Made by a program: the position numbers and the translations under genes. A stretch of 64,000 nucleotides of DNA from Geopsychrobacteraceae bacterium. GTDB taxonomy: Bacteria; Desulfobacterota; Desulfuromonadia; Desulfuromonadales; Geopsychrobacteraceae. Positions 50,932 through 61,401 of the stretch are shown one piece after another (the stretch's first letter is position 1; every line of letters begins with the position of its first letter). The stretch is from assembly GCA_963662315.1 (NCBI GenBank), contig OY759353.1:32001-96000 (forward strand), read 5' to 3'. The notes below the pieces were generated by a model. It searched no databases and was not told the DNA's origin. It saw only the letters and a list, made by a program, of their open reading frames with translations.

Positions 50932-51732
50932 ATTAAACAGCGAATAATCACAGCTCTGTGTCTGTTACCCGTACTGATAATTATTCTGGGTTTTGCTAGT
51001 CCATTCTGGTTCGGAATCTTCGTGACCGCTGTTTTAGGTCTGAGTCTGCTCGAATATAACCGTATGGCCCTTGGTACTGAACGCCGGATTGAACAGTGGT
51101 TTGCCGCTCTGACCGGAACCGTTGTTGTTCCATTGTTGCTCGGGCAAAGAGCTGATCTTCTCTTGCCTCTGTTCACAGTTGCCTACCTTTGCCTGTCGGT
51201 TTCATTTCTGTTCCGCCTTAAATCTATCCCCGCTGTTGGCAAAGATTTGGGTTGGCTGTTAAGTGGTTGGATCTATCTGCCTTTTCTGCTCGGTCATGCC
51301 TATCTGCTGCGGACCTTGCCGCTCGGGAAACAATGGATTTTCCTGTTGCTGATTGCTGTGATGGCCTGTGATTCAATGGCTTATTTTGTCGGACGTAAAT
51401 TGGGACGTCGTAAACTGTATCCCCTTGTCAGCCCGAATAAAAGCGTTGAGGGCGCCGTTGGAGGGATTTTCGGGGCTGTCATCGGTGTTTATCTGGCAAT
51501 GCTGTTGTTTATGCCGGAAATCGGATTCTTTGATGGATTTCTGGTCGCTGTGGTTATCAGTGTGTTCGGGCAAATCGGTGATCTGTTCGAGTCTTTGCTC
51601 AAGAGATCGTGTGGTGTTAAAGATAGCGGAACGCTGATCCCCGGACATGGTGGTTTACTTGATCGGCTGGATAGTCTCTTATTTGTGTTTCCTCTGGTCT
51701 ATTATATCGCTGTCTATTGTTACGGAGGCTAG
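50932..51732 (+). CDS. cdsA: Phosphatidate cytidylyltransferase (probable ATT start)
   Basis: SPNKSVEG, GDLFES.LKR..GVKDSG..IPGHGG.LDR.D motifs. The frame extends upstream of GTG 51022 to IKQRIITAL. Confidence 0.93.
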   Translation: MKQRIITALCLLPVLIIILGFASPFWFGIFVTAVLGLSLLEYNRMALGTERRIEQWFAALTGTVVVPLLLGQRADLLLPLFTVAYLCLSVSFLFRLKSIPAVGKDLGWLLSGWIYLPFLLGHAYLLRTLPLGKQWIFLLLIAVMACDSMAYFVGRKLGRRKLYPLVSPNKSVEGAVGGIFGAVIGVYLAMLLFMPEIGFFDGFLVAVVISVFGQIGDLFESLLKRSCGVKDSGTLIPGHGGLLDRLDSLLFVFPLVYYIAVYCYGG

Positions 51733-51738
51733 CACCAC

Positions 51739-52893
51739 TTGAAAAAACTGGCTTTGCTTGGATCTACCGGCTCAATCGGCACCAGTACTCTTGACATCGT
51801 CCGGGCTTTTCCCGATCAGTATCAGATAACCTCACTTGCGGCAGGGCACAATATCGAACTGTTACTTCAGCAGATCGATGAATTTCACCCGCGCCATGTT
51901 GCCGTTATTCGCGACGCAGATGCCGAGATTCTTCGTTCCCGGCTTGCTCATCTCGATATTGAAGTTCACTCTGGGGTTACCGGAATGATTGCTTGTGTGA
52001 CCGTTGCTGTGGATATGGTCGTGGCGGCTATCGTCGGAGCTGCGGGGCTGATTCCGACCATGGCTGCGATTAAAGCTGGTAAAGATGTTGCCCTGGCGAA
52101 TAAAGAAACACTGGTCATGGCAGGTGCTCTGATCATGGCAGAAGTCGCGCGTCGTAACGTCACACTGATCCCGGTGGACAGCGAGCATTCCGCCATTTTT
52201 CAGTCCTTGCAGGGGCATCGTAACGAGGATGTACGGCGTCTGATTTTGACCGCTTCCGGGGGCCCTTTTCGCGATTGGGATCGGTCCCGTTTTGCAGACA
52301 TCTCTCCCGCTGAAGCCCTTGCTCACCCAAACTGGAATATGGGGCGTAAAATCAGTGTCGATTCAGCTACGATGATGAACAAGGGGCTTGAAATCATCGA
52401 AGCCCGCTGGTTGTTTGATGTGCCCGCTGAAAAGATTGCTGTTCATGTGCACCCTGAAAGTATTGTTCATTCCCTGGTTGAATATCATGATGGTGCCTTG
52501 ATTGCCCAGTTAGGTATTCCCGATATGAAAACTCCTATCGGCTATGCCTTGTCATGGCCGCAACGTTTACCCCTCAAACAGCCGCCGCTTGACCTGTGTC
52601 GGCAAGGGAGTTTAACCTTTTCTGAACCTGACCTGAATAAGTTTCCATGCCTCAGGTTAGCTTATGCTGCCATCACGGCCGGGGGGACCTTGCCGGCGGT
52701 AATGAATGCAGCAAATGAAATAGCGGTCGATGCATTTCTGAAAAAACAGATCGGTTTTCTTGGTATTGCAGAATTAATTGAAAAGGTAATGGCTCGCCAC
52801 AGTACTGAGCAGACGGGTAATTTGGACCGGATACTTCAGGCTGATCTATGGGGGCGCCACGAAGCCAAACAAATTCTTGGCGGAGGAAAATAA
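51739..52893 (+). CDS. dxr: 1-deoxy-D-xylulose-5-phosphate reductoisomerase
   Basis: LGSTGSIG, LANKE, PVDSEH and HPNWNMG.KIS motifs. Confidence 0.97.
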   Translation: MKKLALLGSTGSIGTSTLDIVRAFPDQYQITSLAAGHNIELLLQQIDEFHPRHVAVIRDADAEILRSRLAHLDIEVHSGVTGMIACVTVAVDMVVAAIVGAAGLIPTMAAIKAGKDVALANKETLVMAGALIMAEVARRNVTLIPVDSEHSAIFQSLQGHRNEDVRRLILTASGGPFRDWDRSRFADISPAEALAHPNWNMGRKISVDSATMMNKGLEIIEARWLFDVPAEKIAVHVHPESIVHSLVEYHDGALIAQLGIPDMKTPIGYALSWPQRLPLKQPPLDLCRQGSLTFSEPDLNKFPCLRLAYAAITAGGTLPAVMNAANEIAVDAFLKKQIGFLGIAELIEKVMARHSTEQTGNLDRILQADLWGRHEAKQILGGGK

Positions 52894-54212
52894 TGACGAC
52901 AGTTATTGCCGGCATCCTGATGTTGGGTGTGTTGGTTTTTGTTCATGAACTCGGCCATTTCATTGTTGCCAAAATGAGTGGTGTAAAAGTTCTCAAGTTC
53001 TCGCTTGGCTTTGGGCCTAAATTAATGTCCCGTAAGCGTGGTGAAACAGAATACCAGATCTGTATTATCCCTCTGGGTGGTTATGTTCAGATGCTGGGTG
53101 AAGGGAGTGGAGAAGACGGCGAAGAAGCGGAACTTACTCCAGATGAACAGCGGCGCTCATTTGCTCATAAACCAGTTGCCAGTCGACTTGCCATCGTTCT
53201 GGCCGGTCCGCTGATGAATCTGATTTTACCGCTGTTGATTCTGCCGATTTCCTATATGGTCGGAGTACAGTTGCCGACATATTTTGATGAGCCCGCCTGT
53301 ATCGGATATGTTGTACCAGGCAGTGCCGCAGAGCAGGCTGGTTTTCAGGCCGGAGATTGTATTACCAGCGTTAACGGCATGAATGTCAGTAGCTGGAATA
53401 CGACCAATAAAGTGTTTGTCGGACAGGCCGGTGCCGCACTGTCTTTTTCGATCCAACGCAATGAGGTGGCGCAGGCTCTGACTATAGCTGCTGAGAATGA
53501 CAGTCTGGAAGGAATGCAGGCCCTGGGTCTGTTGCCCCGCCAGGAAGCGCGTATCGGGGGTGTGGCTGCAGACATGCCCGCCGCTAAAGCCGGACTTAAG
53601 AAAAATGATCTTATTGTGTCTATCGCAGGGCAGCCGGTCCATTCCTGGTACGATCTGAAGGGTATGGTTCAGGGCTATGGCCATCAGACGGTTTCTGTTG
53701 TCGTTGAGCGGGATAATCAGCAAACCACTGTTGAACTGATACCAGAGCAGCGTGAAGAAAATGGTGATTTTCTGCTTGGAATTGCTCCGCTGCAAAGCTC
53801 TCAGTTAAAGCGCTTTACTTTCTTTAACGCAGTCAAAGAAGGTGCGCATAGAACCTGGGAGCTTATTGATCTGACCGTAGTTTTTGTACAGAAGTTGTTT
53901 ACCGGTAACGTATCAACCAAAAATATTGGTGGCCCGATTACCGTTGTTCAGATCGCCGGGCAGGCCGCACAGACTGATCTTGCTGCAATTATCTCGGTTC
54001 TGGCTTTTATCTCCATTCAGCTGGGAATACTGAATTTGTTACCGATTCCGATTCTGGATGGTGGTCATATCCTTTTCTATACAATTGAGCTATTGATCCG
54101 TCGACCTCTTTCCGTACGGGCGCGGGAATTGGCCCAGCAGGTTGGTATGGCCATGCTGTTGATGCTTATGGTGCTGGCTTTTTATAATGATATTATGCGC
54201 TTGTGGGGATAA
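52893..54212 (+). CDS. rseP: RIP metalloprotease RseP
   Basis: HELGH, two PDZ-like regions and NLLPIPILDGGH. Confidence 0.96.
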   Translation: MTTVIAGILMLGVLVFVHELGHFIVAKMSGVKVLKFSLGFGPKLMSRKRGETEYQICIIPLGGYVQMLGEGSGEDGEEAELTPDEQRRSFAHKPVASRLAIVLAGPLMNLILPLLILPISYMVGVQLPTYFDEPACIGYVVPGSAAEQAGFQAGDCITSVNGMNVSSWNTTNKVFVGQAGAALSFSIQRNEVAQALTIAAENDSLEGMQALGLLPRQEARIGGVAADMPAAKAGLKKNDLIVSIAGQPVHSWYDLKGMVQGYGHQTVSVVVERDNQQTTVELIPEQREENGDFLLGIAPLQSSQLKRFTFFNAVKEGAHRTWELIDLTVVFVQKLFTGNVSTKNIGGPITVVQIAGQAAQTDLAAIISVLAFISIQLGILNLLPIPILDGGHILFYTIELLIRRPLSVRARELAQQVGMAMLLMLMVLAFYNDIMRLWG

Positions 54213-54217
54213 CTGAA

Positions 54218-54928
54218 ATGCCTGAACAAACCAAGATCCTTGCTGTTGATACAGCTTCCTTAGCAGGGAGTGTTGCCCTGGCTGCTGGCGAGACCCTGGT
54301 TGCTGAAACGTTGCTGAATGTACGCAGCACACACAGCGAGAAGCTTTTGCAACAGGTGGATATGTTACTGGATCAGGCCGGTTGGGCCTTAGCTGATATC
54401 GATCTGTTTGCAGTTGTTGTCGGACCCGGTTCATTTACTGGCCTGCGCATCGGTTTGGCAACGATCAAAGGCCTGGCTCAGACGTTCAATAAGCCTGTTG
54501 CCAGCGTGTCCGCTTTGGAAGTGAGTGCTCTTGGCATGGTCTCTGATCAGTATCCCGTTTGTGCTTTCCTCGATGCACGAAAAAAGGAAGTTTACACCCA
54601 ACTGTTTTCCGTTGGTCCGCAGGGGCCAGTGGCGGCCAGCGAACCACGGGTTATTGCTCCAGGGCTCTTACTGAAGGAGTTTTCTGCCCCGGTTGGTTTT
54701 GTTGGTGATGGCGTGCCGGTTTACCAAGAACTGATTCGGGCCGAACTTGGTGCCAATGCGATCATTGCTCCTCCTCCAAATAACCAGAGGCGTGCCGGAC
54801 AGGTAGCGTGGCTGGCCTACCGGGGTTTTCTGGTGGGCGAGGTTTGCGATGCTTCTGGCATTGTGCCTCTTTACATTCGGCCATCTGATGCTGAGTTGAA
54901 TCTGCCAGCTAGAAGTGCGATCAGTTGA
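54218..54928 (+). CDS. tsaB: t6A biosynthesis protein TsaB
   Basis: ILAVDT, HSEKL, GPGSFTGLRIG and DARKKEVY motifs. Confidence 0.95.
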   Translation: MPEQTKILAVDTASLAGSVALAAGETLVAETLLNVRSTHSEKLLQQVDMLLDQAGWALADIDLFAVVVGPGSFTGLRIGLATIKGLAQTFNKPVASVSALEVSALGMVSDQYPVCAFLDARKKEVYTQLFSVGPQGPVAASEPRVIAPGLLLKEFSAPVGFVGDGVPVYQELIRAELGANAIIAPPPNNQRRAGQVAWLAYRGFLVGEVCDASGIVPLYIRPSDAELNLPARSAIS

Positions 54929-55170
54929 GGTGGCGTTAAGCAGTTGACAAGACGCTTCGGATTTGTTTAATTGAAAGCAGGTGATTCAGAAATTGATTCT
55001 GATTAATCATGGTAGCGTCCCTGGCCTGACAATGATCTTTTCTGCCAGGAATATACTTACCTGGCAGAGGCCCATATTCTGTACTGGATATAAGTTTTTC
55101 AAGAAAGGCAATTTTTCAGAGATGATTTGAGATCAGGGACATAACCCCTATGCACATCGCGGAGGTGCCA

Positions 55171-55389
55171 ATGGACATTGAACAAAATCTTTTAGAAACC
55201 CTTATCGAAAACAACTCCCGTTTCCGCATGCTTTATGAAGAACACAGTCTCTTTGAAAAACAACTCTCCGAATACGACAAAAAAGTCTTTCTTACCCCGC
55301 AGGAAGAACTCGAAAAAAATAAGGTCAAAAAAATGAAGCTCGTCGGGAAAGACGAGATGAAAAGGATTATGCAGTCTGTGACTGTCTAG
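55171..55389 (+). CDS. Small coiled-coil protein, DUF465/YdcH-like
   Basis: FRMLYEEH...LTPQEELE...KKMKLVGKDEM; GGAGG RBS. Confidence 0.75.
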   Translation: MDIEQNLLETLIENNSRFRMLYEEHSLFEKQLSEYDKKVFLTPQEELEKNKVKKMKLVGKDEMKRIMQSVTV

Positions 55390-55416
55390 GTTTGCATTTT
55401 TTTCATAGTTGTTCAG

Positions 55417-55452
55417 AAAAGGACTTTGGCGCGCGAGCTAAGGTCCTTTTTT
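55417..55452 (+). terminator. Intrinsic terminator
   Basis: AAAAGGACTTTGGC...GCTAAGGTCCTTTTTT. Confidence 0.75.
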
Positions 55453-55674
55453 ATATAGGTGTTTCAAATGTCGGTTGCTAAACCGCAAAACGATGTCGAC
55501 TGTAATCTAACGCTTGACAACTATGTGTGAGTTGTCGAGACTGTCATGCTTATTATATTTAGCAGAACAATGGTGCTCAGCCGCTGTTCTTAGAAACATA
55601 CACTAGTGATTTCAATGTTGATATCGTTTGTTTGCAGGACGATTCCTGGTGGAAATTGCTATGAGGAGGATCAC

Positions 55675-57372
55675 ATGGAATTGACCGGATCGCAAATATT
55701 GCTTGAATGTTTGAAACTTGAAGGGGTGGATACGGTATTTGGTTACCCTGGTGGTGCCGTCATTAACATTTATGATGATCTTTACGACTCTTCGATCAAA
55801 CATATCCTGACTCGTCACGAGCAGGCGGCTGTTCATGCGGCGGACGGGTATGCTCGCAGTACGGGCAAGGTCGGGGTTGCCATAGCAACCAGTGGGCCCG
55901 GTGCGACCAATACAATTACCGGAATTGCGACAGCTTATATGGATTCGATTCCCATGGTTGTTGTCACCGGCCAGGTTCCAACGCCCTTGATAGGTAATGA
56001 TGCTTTTCAGGAAGCGGATATCTGTGGCATGACCCGTACCTGCACCAAGCATAATTTTCTGATCAAGGATGTCCGCGACTTGGCCAGAACTGTCAAGGAA
56101 GCGTTTTATATCGCAAGAACCGGGCGGCCCGGTCCAGTTCTGATCGATTTGCCAAAAGATATCCAGATTGCCAAATATAAATTTTCCTATCCGGATCGCG
56201 TCAGTCTGAGGGGGTATAAGCCGACCTATAGCGGCAATTTCCGCCAGATTGAAAAGGCGGCCAAGATGATTCTGGCCGCGCGCAAGCCGTTGTTGTATAT
56301 CGGTGGTGGTATCAATCTCTCTGCTGCCAACGATGAGCTGCTCAAGCTTGCTGAACAGACCCAGATTCCGGTTACGACGACCCTGATGGCCATGTCCGGC
56401 TTTCCGCAGCGGCACCCGTTGGCACTTGGCATGCTTGGCATGCACGGAACCTTCTATGCTAATATGTCGGTCGCCGAGTGTGATCTGCTGATTGCCGTCG
56501 GCTCCCGTTTTGACGATCGTGTCACCGGGCGCATCGACTGTTTTGCCGAAAAAGCCAAGATTATTCATGTCGATATTGATCCGACTTCAATTCATAAAAA
56601 TGTTGCCGTTGATCTGCCTATCGTCGGAGATTTAAAAGACGTTCTCAGTAAACTAACCGGTCATCTTAATCAGAAGCCTGAACTGCTGGAGGACATGGTT
56701 GACGCCTGCCAGCCCTGGAGAGAGACGATCGCCGAGTGGAAAAATGCTCATCCCATGTGGTACCAGCAATCCAAGGAAGAAATTAAACCGCAATTTGTTA
56801 TTGAAAGGATTCGTGAACTGACAGCGGACGATGCGATTATCACGACTGAAGTTGGCCAGCATCAGATGTGGACTGCACAATTTTTCAGTTTTACCAGACC
56901 GCGGACCTTTTTGACCTCCGGCGGCCTGGGAACCATGGGGTTTGGCCTGCCTGCCGCCTTGGGGGCGCAGGTTGCCTGCCCTGACCGGCAGGTTATCGAC
57001 ATCTCCGGAGACGGTTCATTTCAGATGAATTCGCAGGAGCTGGCAACCCTGGTTCAGTATAAATTGCCAGTCAAGATCGCTATACTCAACAACAATTATC
57101 TGGGCATGGTCCGGCAGTGGCAGCAGATGTTTTTTGAGCAGCGTTATAGTCAGACCCCCATGGAGGTTCCCATTGATTTCATCAAGCTGGCAGAAGCATA
57201 TGGTGCAACTGGTCTGCAGGCTTCCCGGGTCGACGAGGTAGAAGATGTCATCAGAAAAGCCCTTGAAATTCCTGGTCCGGTTCTGATGAATTTTAAGGTG
57301 TGCCGTGAAGAAAACGTGTTGCCCATGGTGCCGGCAGGTAAGGCTATCCATGAAATGGTTCTCGCATCCTAA
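55675..57372 (+). CDS. ilvB: Acetolactate synthase large subunit
   Basis: FGYPGGA, RHEQ, TSGPGATN and ThDP motif GDGSFQMN..EL...NN..LGMVRQWQ. Confidence 0.96.
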   Translation: MELTGSQILLECLKLEGVDTVFGYPGGAVINIYDDLYDSSIKHILTRHEQAAVHAADGYARSTGKVGVAIATSGPGATNTITGIATAYMDSIPMVVVTGQVPTPLIGNDAFQEADICGMTRTCTKHNFLIKDVRDLARTVKEAFYIARTGRPGPVLIDLPKDIQIAKYKFSYPDRVSLRGYKPTYSGNFRQIEKAAKMILAARKPLLYIGGGINLSAANDELLKLAEQTQIPVTTTLMAMSGFPQRHPLALGMLGMHGTFYANMSVAECDLLIAVGSRFDDRVTGRIDCFAEKAKIIHVDIDPTSIHKNVAVDLPIVGDLKDVLSKLTGHLNQKPELLEDMVDACQPWRETIAEWKNAHPMWYQQSKEEIKPQFVIERIRELTADDAIITTEVGQHQMWTAQFFSFTRPRTFLTSGGLGTMGFGLPAALGAQVACPDRQVIDISGDGSFQMNSQELATLVQYKLPVKIAILNNNYLGMVRQWQQMFFEQRYSQTPMEVPIDFIKLAEAYGATGLQASRVDEVEDVIRKALEIPGPVLMNFKVCREENVLPMVPAGKAIHEMVLAS

Positions 57373-57419
57373 TAATTGTTTTGTGTATGTGACACAGTAA
57401 CCGAAGTGGAAGGTTTGAG

Positions 57420-57911
57420 ATGAAACACACAATTTCTGTATTGGTTGAAAATGAGTTTGGCGTACTGTCGCGTATATCGAGCCTTTTTTCGGGGCGTGGG
57501 TTCAATATCGAAAGTCTTTCCGTTGCTCCGACTCTCGATCCAGAGATATCCCGCATGACGATTGTTACTCATGGTGATGACCGCATTATTGAGCAGATCA
57601 CCAAACAGCTGAATAAGCTGATATCTACAATTAAGGTCGTTGATTTTACCGGAGGGGAGTTTATTGAAAGGGAGCTGGCACTGATAAAAGTTGCCACTGA
57701 AGCTGATACCAGGGCAGAAGCTTTGCGCATTGTTGATATCTTTCGCGCCAAAGTTATTGATGTTACTCCTAAATCGTATACGATTGAAATGACGGGAAGC
57801 CCGAAAAAGGTTGATGGTATTCTTGAGCTCTTGCGCCCCATGGGGATTAAGGAAGTGGTCCGCTCCGGGCCTGTCGTTATCGGTCGTGGCGCCAAGGGAG
57901 TTGCTGGCTGA
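57420..57911 (+). CDS. ilvN: Acetolactate synthase small subunit
   Basis: SVLVENEFGVLSRI..LFSGRGFNIESL motif. Confidence 0.96.
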   Translation: MKHTISVLVENEFGVLSRISSLFSGRGFNIESLSVAPTLDPEISRMTIVTHGDDRIIEQITKQLNKLISTIKVVDFTGGEFIERELALIKVATEADTRAEALRIVDIFRAKVIDVTPKSYTIEMTGSPKKVDGILELLRPMGIKEVVRSGPVVIGRGAKGVAG

Positions 57912-57938
57912 AAAGGCCAGATAAAATGGAGATAATAA

Positions 57939-58583
57939 ATGAAGAATGAAAACCAGCCAATTGCTAAAGAAGGATATCCTTTTATTGCCCTGTTCGGATT
58001 TGTGACCCTCGTCTTTGCTTTACTCGACTGGTCCTTTCTTACGATCATACTGTTACTGCTGACGCTCTTCAGTGTTTATTTCTTTCGTAATCCTGAACGG
58101 ACCGTGCCTGCCGGGGAGAAGCTGGTTGTTGCTCCGGCGGATGGTAAGGTCATTTTTGTCGGAGAGGTGGAAGAAGAGCGTTTTTTTAAGCAGCGGGTCA
58201 CTAAAGTCAGTATTTTTATGTCGGTATTCAATGTCCATGTCAACCGTGTCCCCTGCAACGGGAAAGTGGTTGATATGTACTACCAGAAGGGTGACTTTAT
58301 CAATGCTTCTTATGATAAGGCGAGCGATCGTAATGAGCAGTCCGGTATTCTGCTGGAAACAGAGGCTGGTACTCGCATCCTGTTTGTCCAGATTGCCGGC
58401 CTCATTGCTCGGCGCATTGTTACCTACCCGGTGATTGGCGATGTTTTGCGGTGCGGGGAGCGTTATGGCCTTATCCGCTTTGGTTCCCGGGTTGATATCT
58501 ATTTTCCCAAGCATAGTGATGTTACGATCACACTAGGTGAGCGGACTGTAGCTGGCGAAACTATTTTAGGAACATTACCGTGA
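57939..58583 (+). CDS. psd: Phosphatidylserine decarboxylase proenzyme (short type)
   Basis: FFRNPER, APADG, FNVHVNR and RFGSRVD cleavage motif. Confidence 0.93.
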   Translation: MKNENQPIAKEGYPFIALFGFVTLVFALLDWSFLTIILLLLTLFSVYFFRNPERTVPAGEKLVVAPADGKVIFVGEVEEERFFKQRVTKVSIFMSVFNVHVNRVPCNGKVVDMYYQKGDFINASYDKASDRNEQSGILLETEAGTRILFVQIAGLIARRIVTYPVIGDVLRCGERYGLIRFGSRVDIYFPKHSDVTITLGERTVAGETILGTLP

Positions 58584-59353
58584 TCGAAGACGAATCTTTA
58601 CGCAAAGAAAAACGTGAAAACGTCCGTAAGGGCGTGTATCTATTGCCAAACCTGATTACTGCTGCTGGAATTTTTGCTGGCTTTTATGTCATTATCGCTT
58701 CTACCAGTGGAGAGTACCAGAAGGCGGCGTGGTTTATTATGCTGGCTGCCGTTTTTGATGGCCTTGACGGGAAGGTCGCCAGGCTGACTGGTACCGCCAG
58801 CAAGTTCGGGGTTGAGCTTGATTCTCTGGCCGATGTTATTTCCTTTGGTGTCGCGCCGGGAGTGCTTCTCTATGAATGGGCGTTGCGCCCCTTTGGCAAG
58901 CTTGGCTGGTTGGCGGCATTTCTGTACGTGATTTGTGGCGCCCTTCGTCTGGCACGCTTTAATGTCCAGGTGGCAACGGTTGAATCGCGCCGTTTTATCG
59001 GGATGCCAATTCCGGCGGCAGCTTGTATCGTCGCGACCTGTGTTCTTCTGTTTTATGAACTGGGTGGCACTGGTACCATCAAAATGGTGTCGATGGTTTT
59101 TTTGGTGTTTTTGCTGGCGTTTCTGATGGTCTGCAACATTAAGTATCTGTCCTTAAAGGACCCTGAGTTATTTAAGCGGCAACCATTCATTATGCTGGTC
59201 CTGGCGATTATTTTATTGATTGTCATTGTCGCCAAGCCTGAAATTATGTTGTTCCTGATCGGTATGGCCTACCTTATTTCCGGGCCTGTCGGGTATTTCT
59301 TTAGTAGAAAGCGGCTGGGACTGCAAAAAGAAACGGAATCATCGTCGGAGTAA
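58580..59353 (+). CDS. pssA: CDP-diacylglycerol--serine O-phosphatidyltransferase
   Basis: DGLDGKVAR...S.FG.ELDSLAD and LRLARFN motifs. Confidence 0.95.
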   Translation: MIEDESLRKEKRENVRKGVYLLPNLITAAGIFAGFYVIIASTSGEYQKAAWFIMLAAVFDGLDGKVARLTGTASKFGVELDSLADVISFGVAPGVLLYEWALRPFGKLGWLAAFLYVICGALRLARFNVQVATVESRRFIGMPIPAAACIVATCVLLFYELGGTGTIKMVSMVFLVFLLAFLMVCNIKYLSLKDPELFKRQPFIMLVLAIILLIVIVAKPEIMLFLIGMAYLISGPVGYFFSRKRLGLQKETESSSE

Positions 59354-59444
59354 GACCTGTGCCGGATCAGGTGAACCGAACTGACAACAAAACGTTAAAA
59401 TAACTTGACTTGATTGAGCGTTTCGGTTTCAATCGATTCTCCAG

Positions 59445-59691
59445 ATAAAAGCGTTGAAGAGGAGTAGTAGGTTTTCTCATCCGTTTCAGAGAGCCGGTGG
59501 TTGCTGCAAACCGGTACGGAGGATGCTGAACTCGCCTCGGAGCTGTCAGGGTGAAGCCGCATGGTTAGCCTTGGTCGTGATCCTGCGTAAAGGGACAAAG
59601 AAGGCTTCGGGTTTTATTTCGAAGCGAACCAGGGTGGTACCGCGAAGTTTAAAGCTCTCGCCCCTGTTTTTACAGGGCGGGAGCTTTTTTT
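59445..59691 (+). promoter_or_regulatory. Leucine T-box riboswitch
   Basis: AGTA, AGAGA and GCTG stem I motifs; specifier GAA-CTC (Leu codon, 59531-59533); T-box AGGGTGGTACCGCG (59631-59644); terminator GCTCTCGCCC...GGGCGGGAGC-T7; upstream of leuA. Confidence 0.93.
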
Positions 59692-59830
59692 GTTTAAACA
59701 TCATGAAAGGGGGTGGTTCTGTCGTGGACTCTGACCTAAGTGACCTGCTGACGCAATACCAGTTGACCCAAACAATCGTTACGAACTGCCCCGGTCTTTG
59801 CTAGCTGGGGCTGAGCCAAAGGAGCCTTAT

Positions 59831-61369
59831 ATGAGCCAGGATAAAGTTATTGTTTTTGATACGACATTGCGTGACGGAGAACAGTCTCCGGGCGCAAGCA
59901 TGAATATTGAAGAAAAACTGCGCATTGCCAGTCAGTTGGAGCGCCTTAATGTTGATGTTATGGAAGCAGGCTTTCCCATCGCCTCCGAGGGTGATTTCGA
60001 AGCTGTAAGGCGTATCGCGCAAACGATAAAAGGATGTCAGATCGCAGGGTTGTCCCGCGCCAATAATATGGATATCGACCGGGCCTGGGAAGCTTTGAAA
60101 TATGCCGGTGAGCGGGCCAGAATCCATACCTTTATTGCGACCAGTGATATTCATATGAAGTATAAGCTCAAAATGAGTGAGCAACAGGTTCTGGATGCTG
60201 CCGTTGCTGCCGTGAAACGGGCTGCCGGTTATACGCCGAATGTTGAATTCTCGCCCGAAGATGCTACCCGTACGCGGTTACCGTTTTTGGCTCAGGTCGT
60301 CGAGGCGGTTATTGCTGCTGGCGCGACAACTGTCAATATTCCCGATACGGTTGGTTATACGATTCCGTCGGAGTACGCGACCATCATCTCCTACCTGAAA
60401 GAGAACGTCAGCAATATTGATAAAGCTATCATTTCGGTACACTGTCACAATGACCTGGGGTTGGCTGTGGCCAACTCGCTGGCGGCGGTTCAGGCTGGCG
60501 CGCGTCAGGTTGAGTGCACTATTAACGGTATTGGCGAACGGGCCGGGAACTGTTCGCTGGAAGAGATTGTCATGGCGTTGAAAACAAGACATGACATCCT
60601 GCCGTTTGTTACAGATGTCCAGACTGAGCACATTACCCCGGCCAGTAAGTTACTTTCCACTATTACTGGGTTGCTCATCCAGCCGAACAAGGCAATTGTC
60701 GGCGCCAATGCTTTTGCCCATGAAGCCGGGATCCATCAGCATGGTGTCCTGATGGATAAGTCAACCTATGAGATTATGACCCCAGAGTCCGTTGGCCTTA
60801 ATCAAAACAAGCTGGTCCTCGGCAAACATTCCGGGCGCCATGCTTTTATCGATCGCCTCTCCCAGCTCGGGTACGATCTGTCCCGGGAAGAGAGTGAGAA
60901 GGCCTTCGTGCGCTTCAAAGCTTTGGCGGATATGAAAAAAGCTATCTTCGATGAAGATCTCGATGCCATTGTTGCAGATGAAGTGCTGCGGGTCCCCGAG
61001 GTTTATAAGCTGTTGCAGATGAACGTCAGTTCCGGATCTTTTGCAGCGCCGACCGCGACTGTTGAAATGGAAGTCGACGGCAAGGTGAAGAAAACCGCTG
61101 TCATGGGGGATGGTCCTGTTGATGCGACATTCAAGGCGATTAAGAAGCTGACCAAAAGCAAGGCGCCACTGTTGACCTTTTCCGTTGGCGCAATTACCGG
61201 CGGGACCGATGCCCAGGGAGAGTGTACCGTACGTCTTCAGGCTGAAGAGGGCCGCGAAGTAATTGGCCAGGGTGCGCACCCTGATATTGTTGTGGCCAGT
61301 GCCAAAGCTTATATCAACGCATTGAATAAAATTGTCAACAAACCGGTTAAAACCAATCCTCAGATCTGA
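59831..61369 (+). CDS. leuA: 2-isopropylmalate synthase
   Basis: [28 protein letters not shown] and HEAGIHQ motifs. Confidence 0.96.
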   Translation: MSQDKVIVFDTTLRDGEQSPGASMNIEEKLRIASQLERLNVDVMEAGFPIASEGDFEAVRRIAQTIKGCQIAGLSRANNMDIDRAWEALKYAGERARIHTFIATSDIHMKYKLKMSEQQVLDAAVAAVKRAAGYTPNVEFSPEDATRTRLPFLAQVVEAVIAAGATTVNIPDTVGYTIPSEYATIISYLKENVSNIDKAIISVHCHNDLGLAVANSLAAVQAGARQVECTINGIGERAGNCSLEEIVMALKTRHDILPFVTDVQTEHITPASKLLSTITGLLIQPNKAIVGANAFAHEAGIHQHGVLMDKSTYEIMTPESVGLNQNKLVLGKHSGRHAFIDRLSQLGYDLSREESEKAFVRFKALADMKKAIFDEDLDAIVADEVLRVPEVYKLLQMNVSSGSFAAPTATVEMEVDGKVKKTAVMGDGPVDATFKAIKKLTKSKAPLLTFSVGAITGGTDAQGECTVRLQAEEGREVIGQGAHPDIVVASAKAYINALNKIVNKPVKTNPQI

Positions 61370-61401
61370 GAATGGTACAGATAATATAGACAGGAGATTT
61401 C

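Noticed and set aside
55612..56568. 318-aa minus-strand ORF
   Set aside because: Antisense shadow of ilvB.
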